Assembly: GCA_016235455.1 (NCBI GenBank)
Contig: JACRKZ010000033.1
Span: forward strand, 1-16,298
Reading direction: 5' to 3'
Source of the DNA: Armatimonadota bacterium
GTDB taxonomy: Bacteria > Armatimonadota > UBA10988
Length of the DNA: 16,298 nt
The notes under the pieces were generated by a model that worked only from the letters and a program-made list of their open reading frames with translations, was not told the origin of the DNA and ran no database searches. Below, one piece after another: positions 16,177 through 16,298 of this stretch. The position numbers were made by a program, and so were the translations under genes. Position 1 is the first letter of the stretch; the number at the start of each line of letters is the position of its first letter.

Positions 16177-16267
16177 AGGCCATTGAGACCCAGGCTATCC
16201 GCCTCTCGCCACGACGCGACGGGGCCACGCCGTGGACAGCCGGGCAGTGCAGTTCGAGGAGAGGCAT

Positions 16268-16298
16268 ATGCCAAGCTTGACTGTCGTACACCGAGCAC
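16268..16298 (+). CDS. Start of a CDS running out of the window (MPSLTVVHRA...)
   Basis: Strong SD GAGGAG immediately upstream of ATG 16268; open to the window end; too short to assign a product. Confidence 0.55.
   Translation, partial: MPSLTVVHRA

Noticed and set aside
15875-16291. 138-aa minus-strand ORF
   Set aside because: Atypical composition, no motifs, and it overlaps a plus-strand promoter, SD and start codon.

Overview
High-GC (roughly 70% by eye) bacterial chromosomal window, densely coding, with no rRNA, tRNA, CRISPR or mobile element that I can support. In order: a 5'-truncated ADP-ribosylglycohydrolase fused to a C-terminal discoidin (F5/8C) domain, followed by a CNT/NupC nucleoside transporter; a secreted GH110-like beta-helix glycosidase (minus strand); a signalling cluster comprising a soluble AmiC/UrtA-like ligand-binding domain fused to PAS and a NarX-type (HisKA_3) kinase, a NarL-type regulator, a possible 48-aa membrane peptide and a stand-alone receiver; a neutral-ceramidase-superfamily hydrolase (minus); a secreted protein with DxDxDG Ca-binding loops; a 2-TM hypothetical protein (minus); an operon of GH29 glycosidase, MDR dehydrogenase and a second 2-TM hypothetical protein; and a promoter-like region with the start of a further gene. 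The most notable observations are the amide/urea-type cytoplasmic sensor kinase with altered pocket residues, a promoter architecture shared by the kinase and the stand-alone receiver, and a duplicated C-terminal [DE]-[RS]-[GSA]-[LI]-S motif shared by the two non-adjacent membrane proteins. All family calls come from motif recognition by eye, not database searches.
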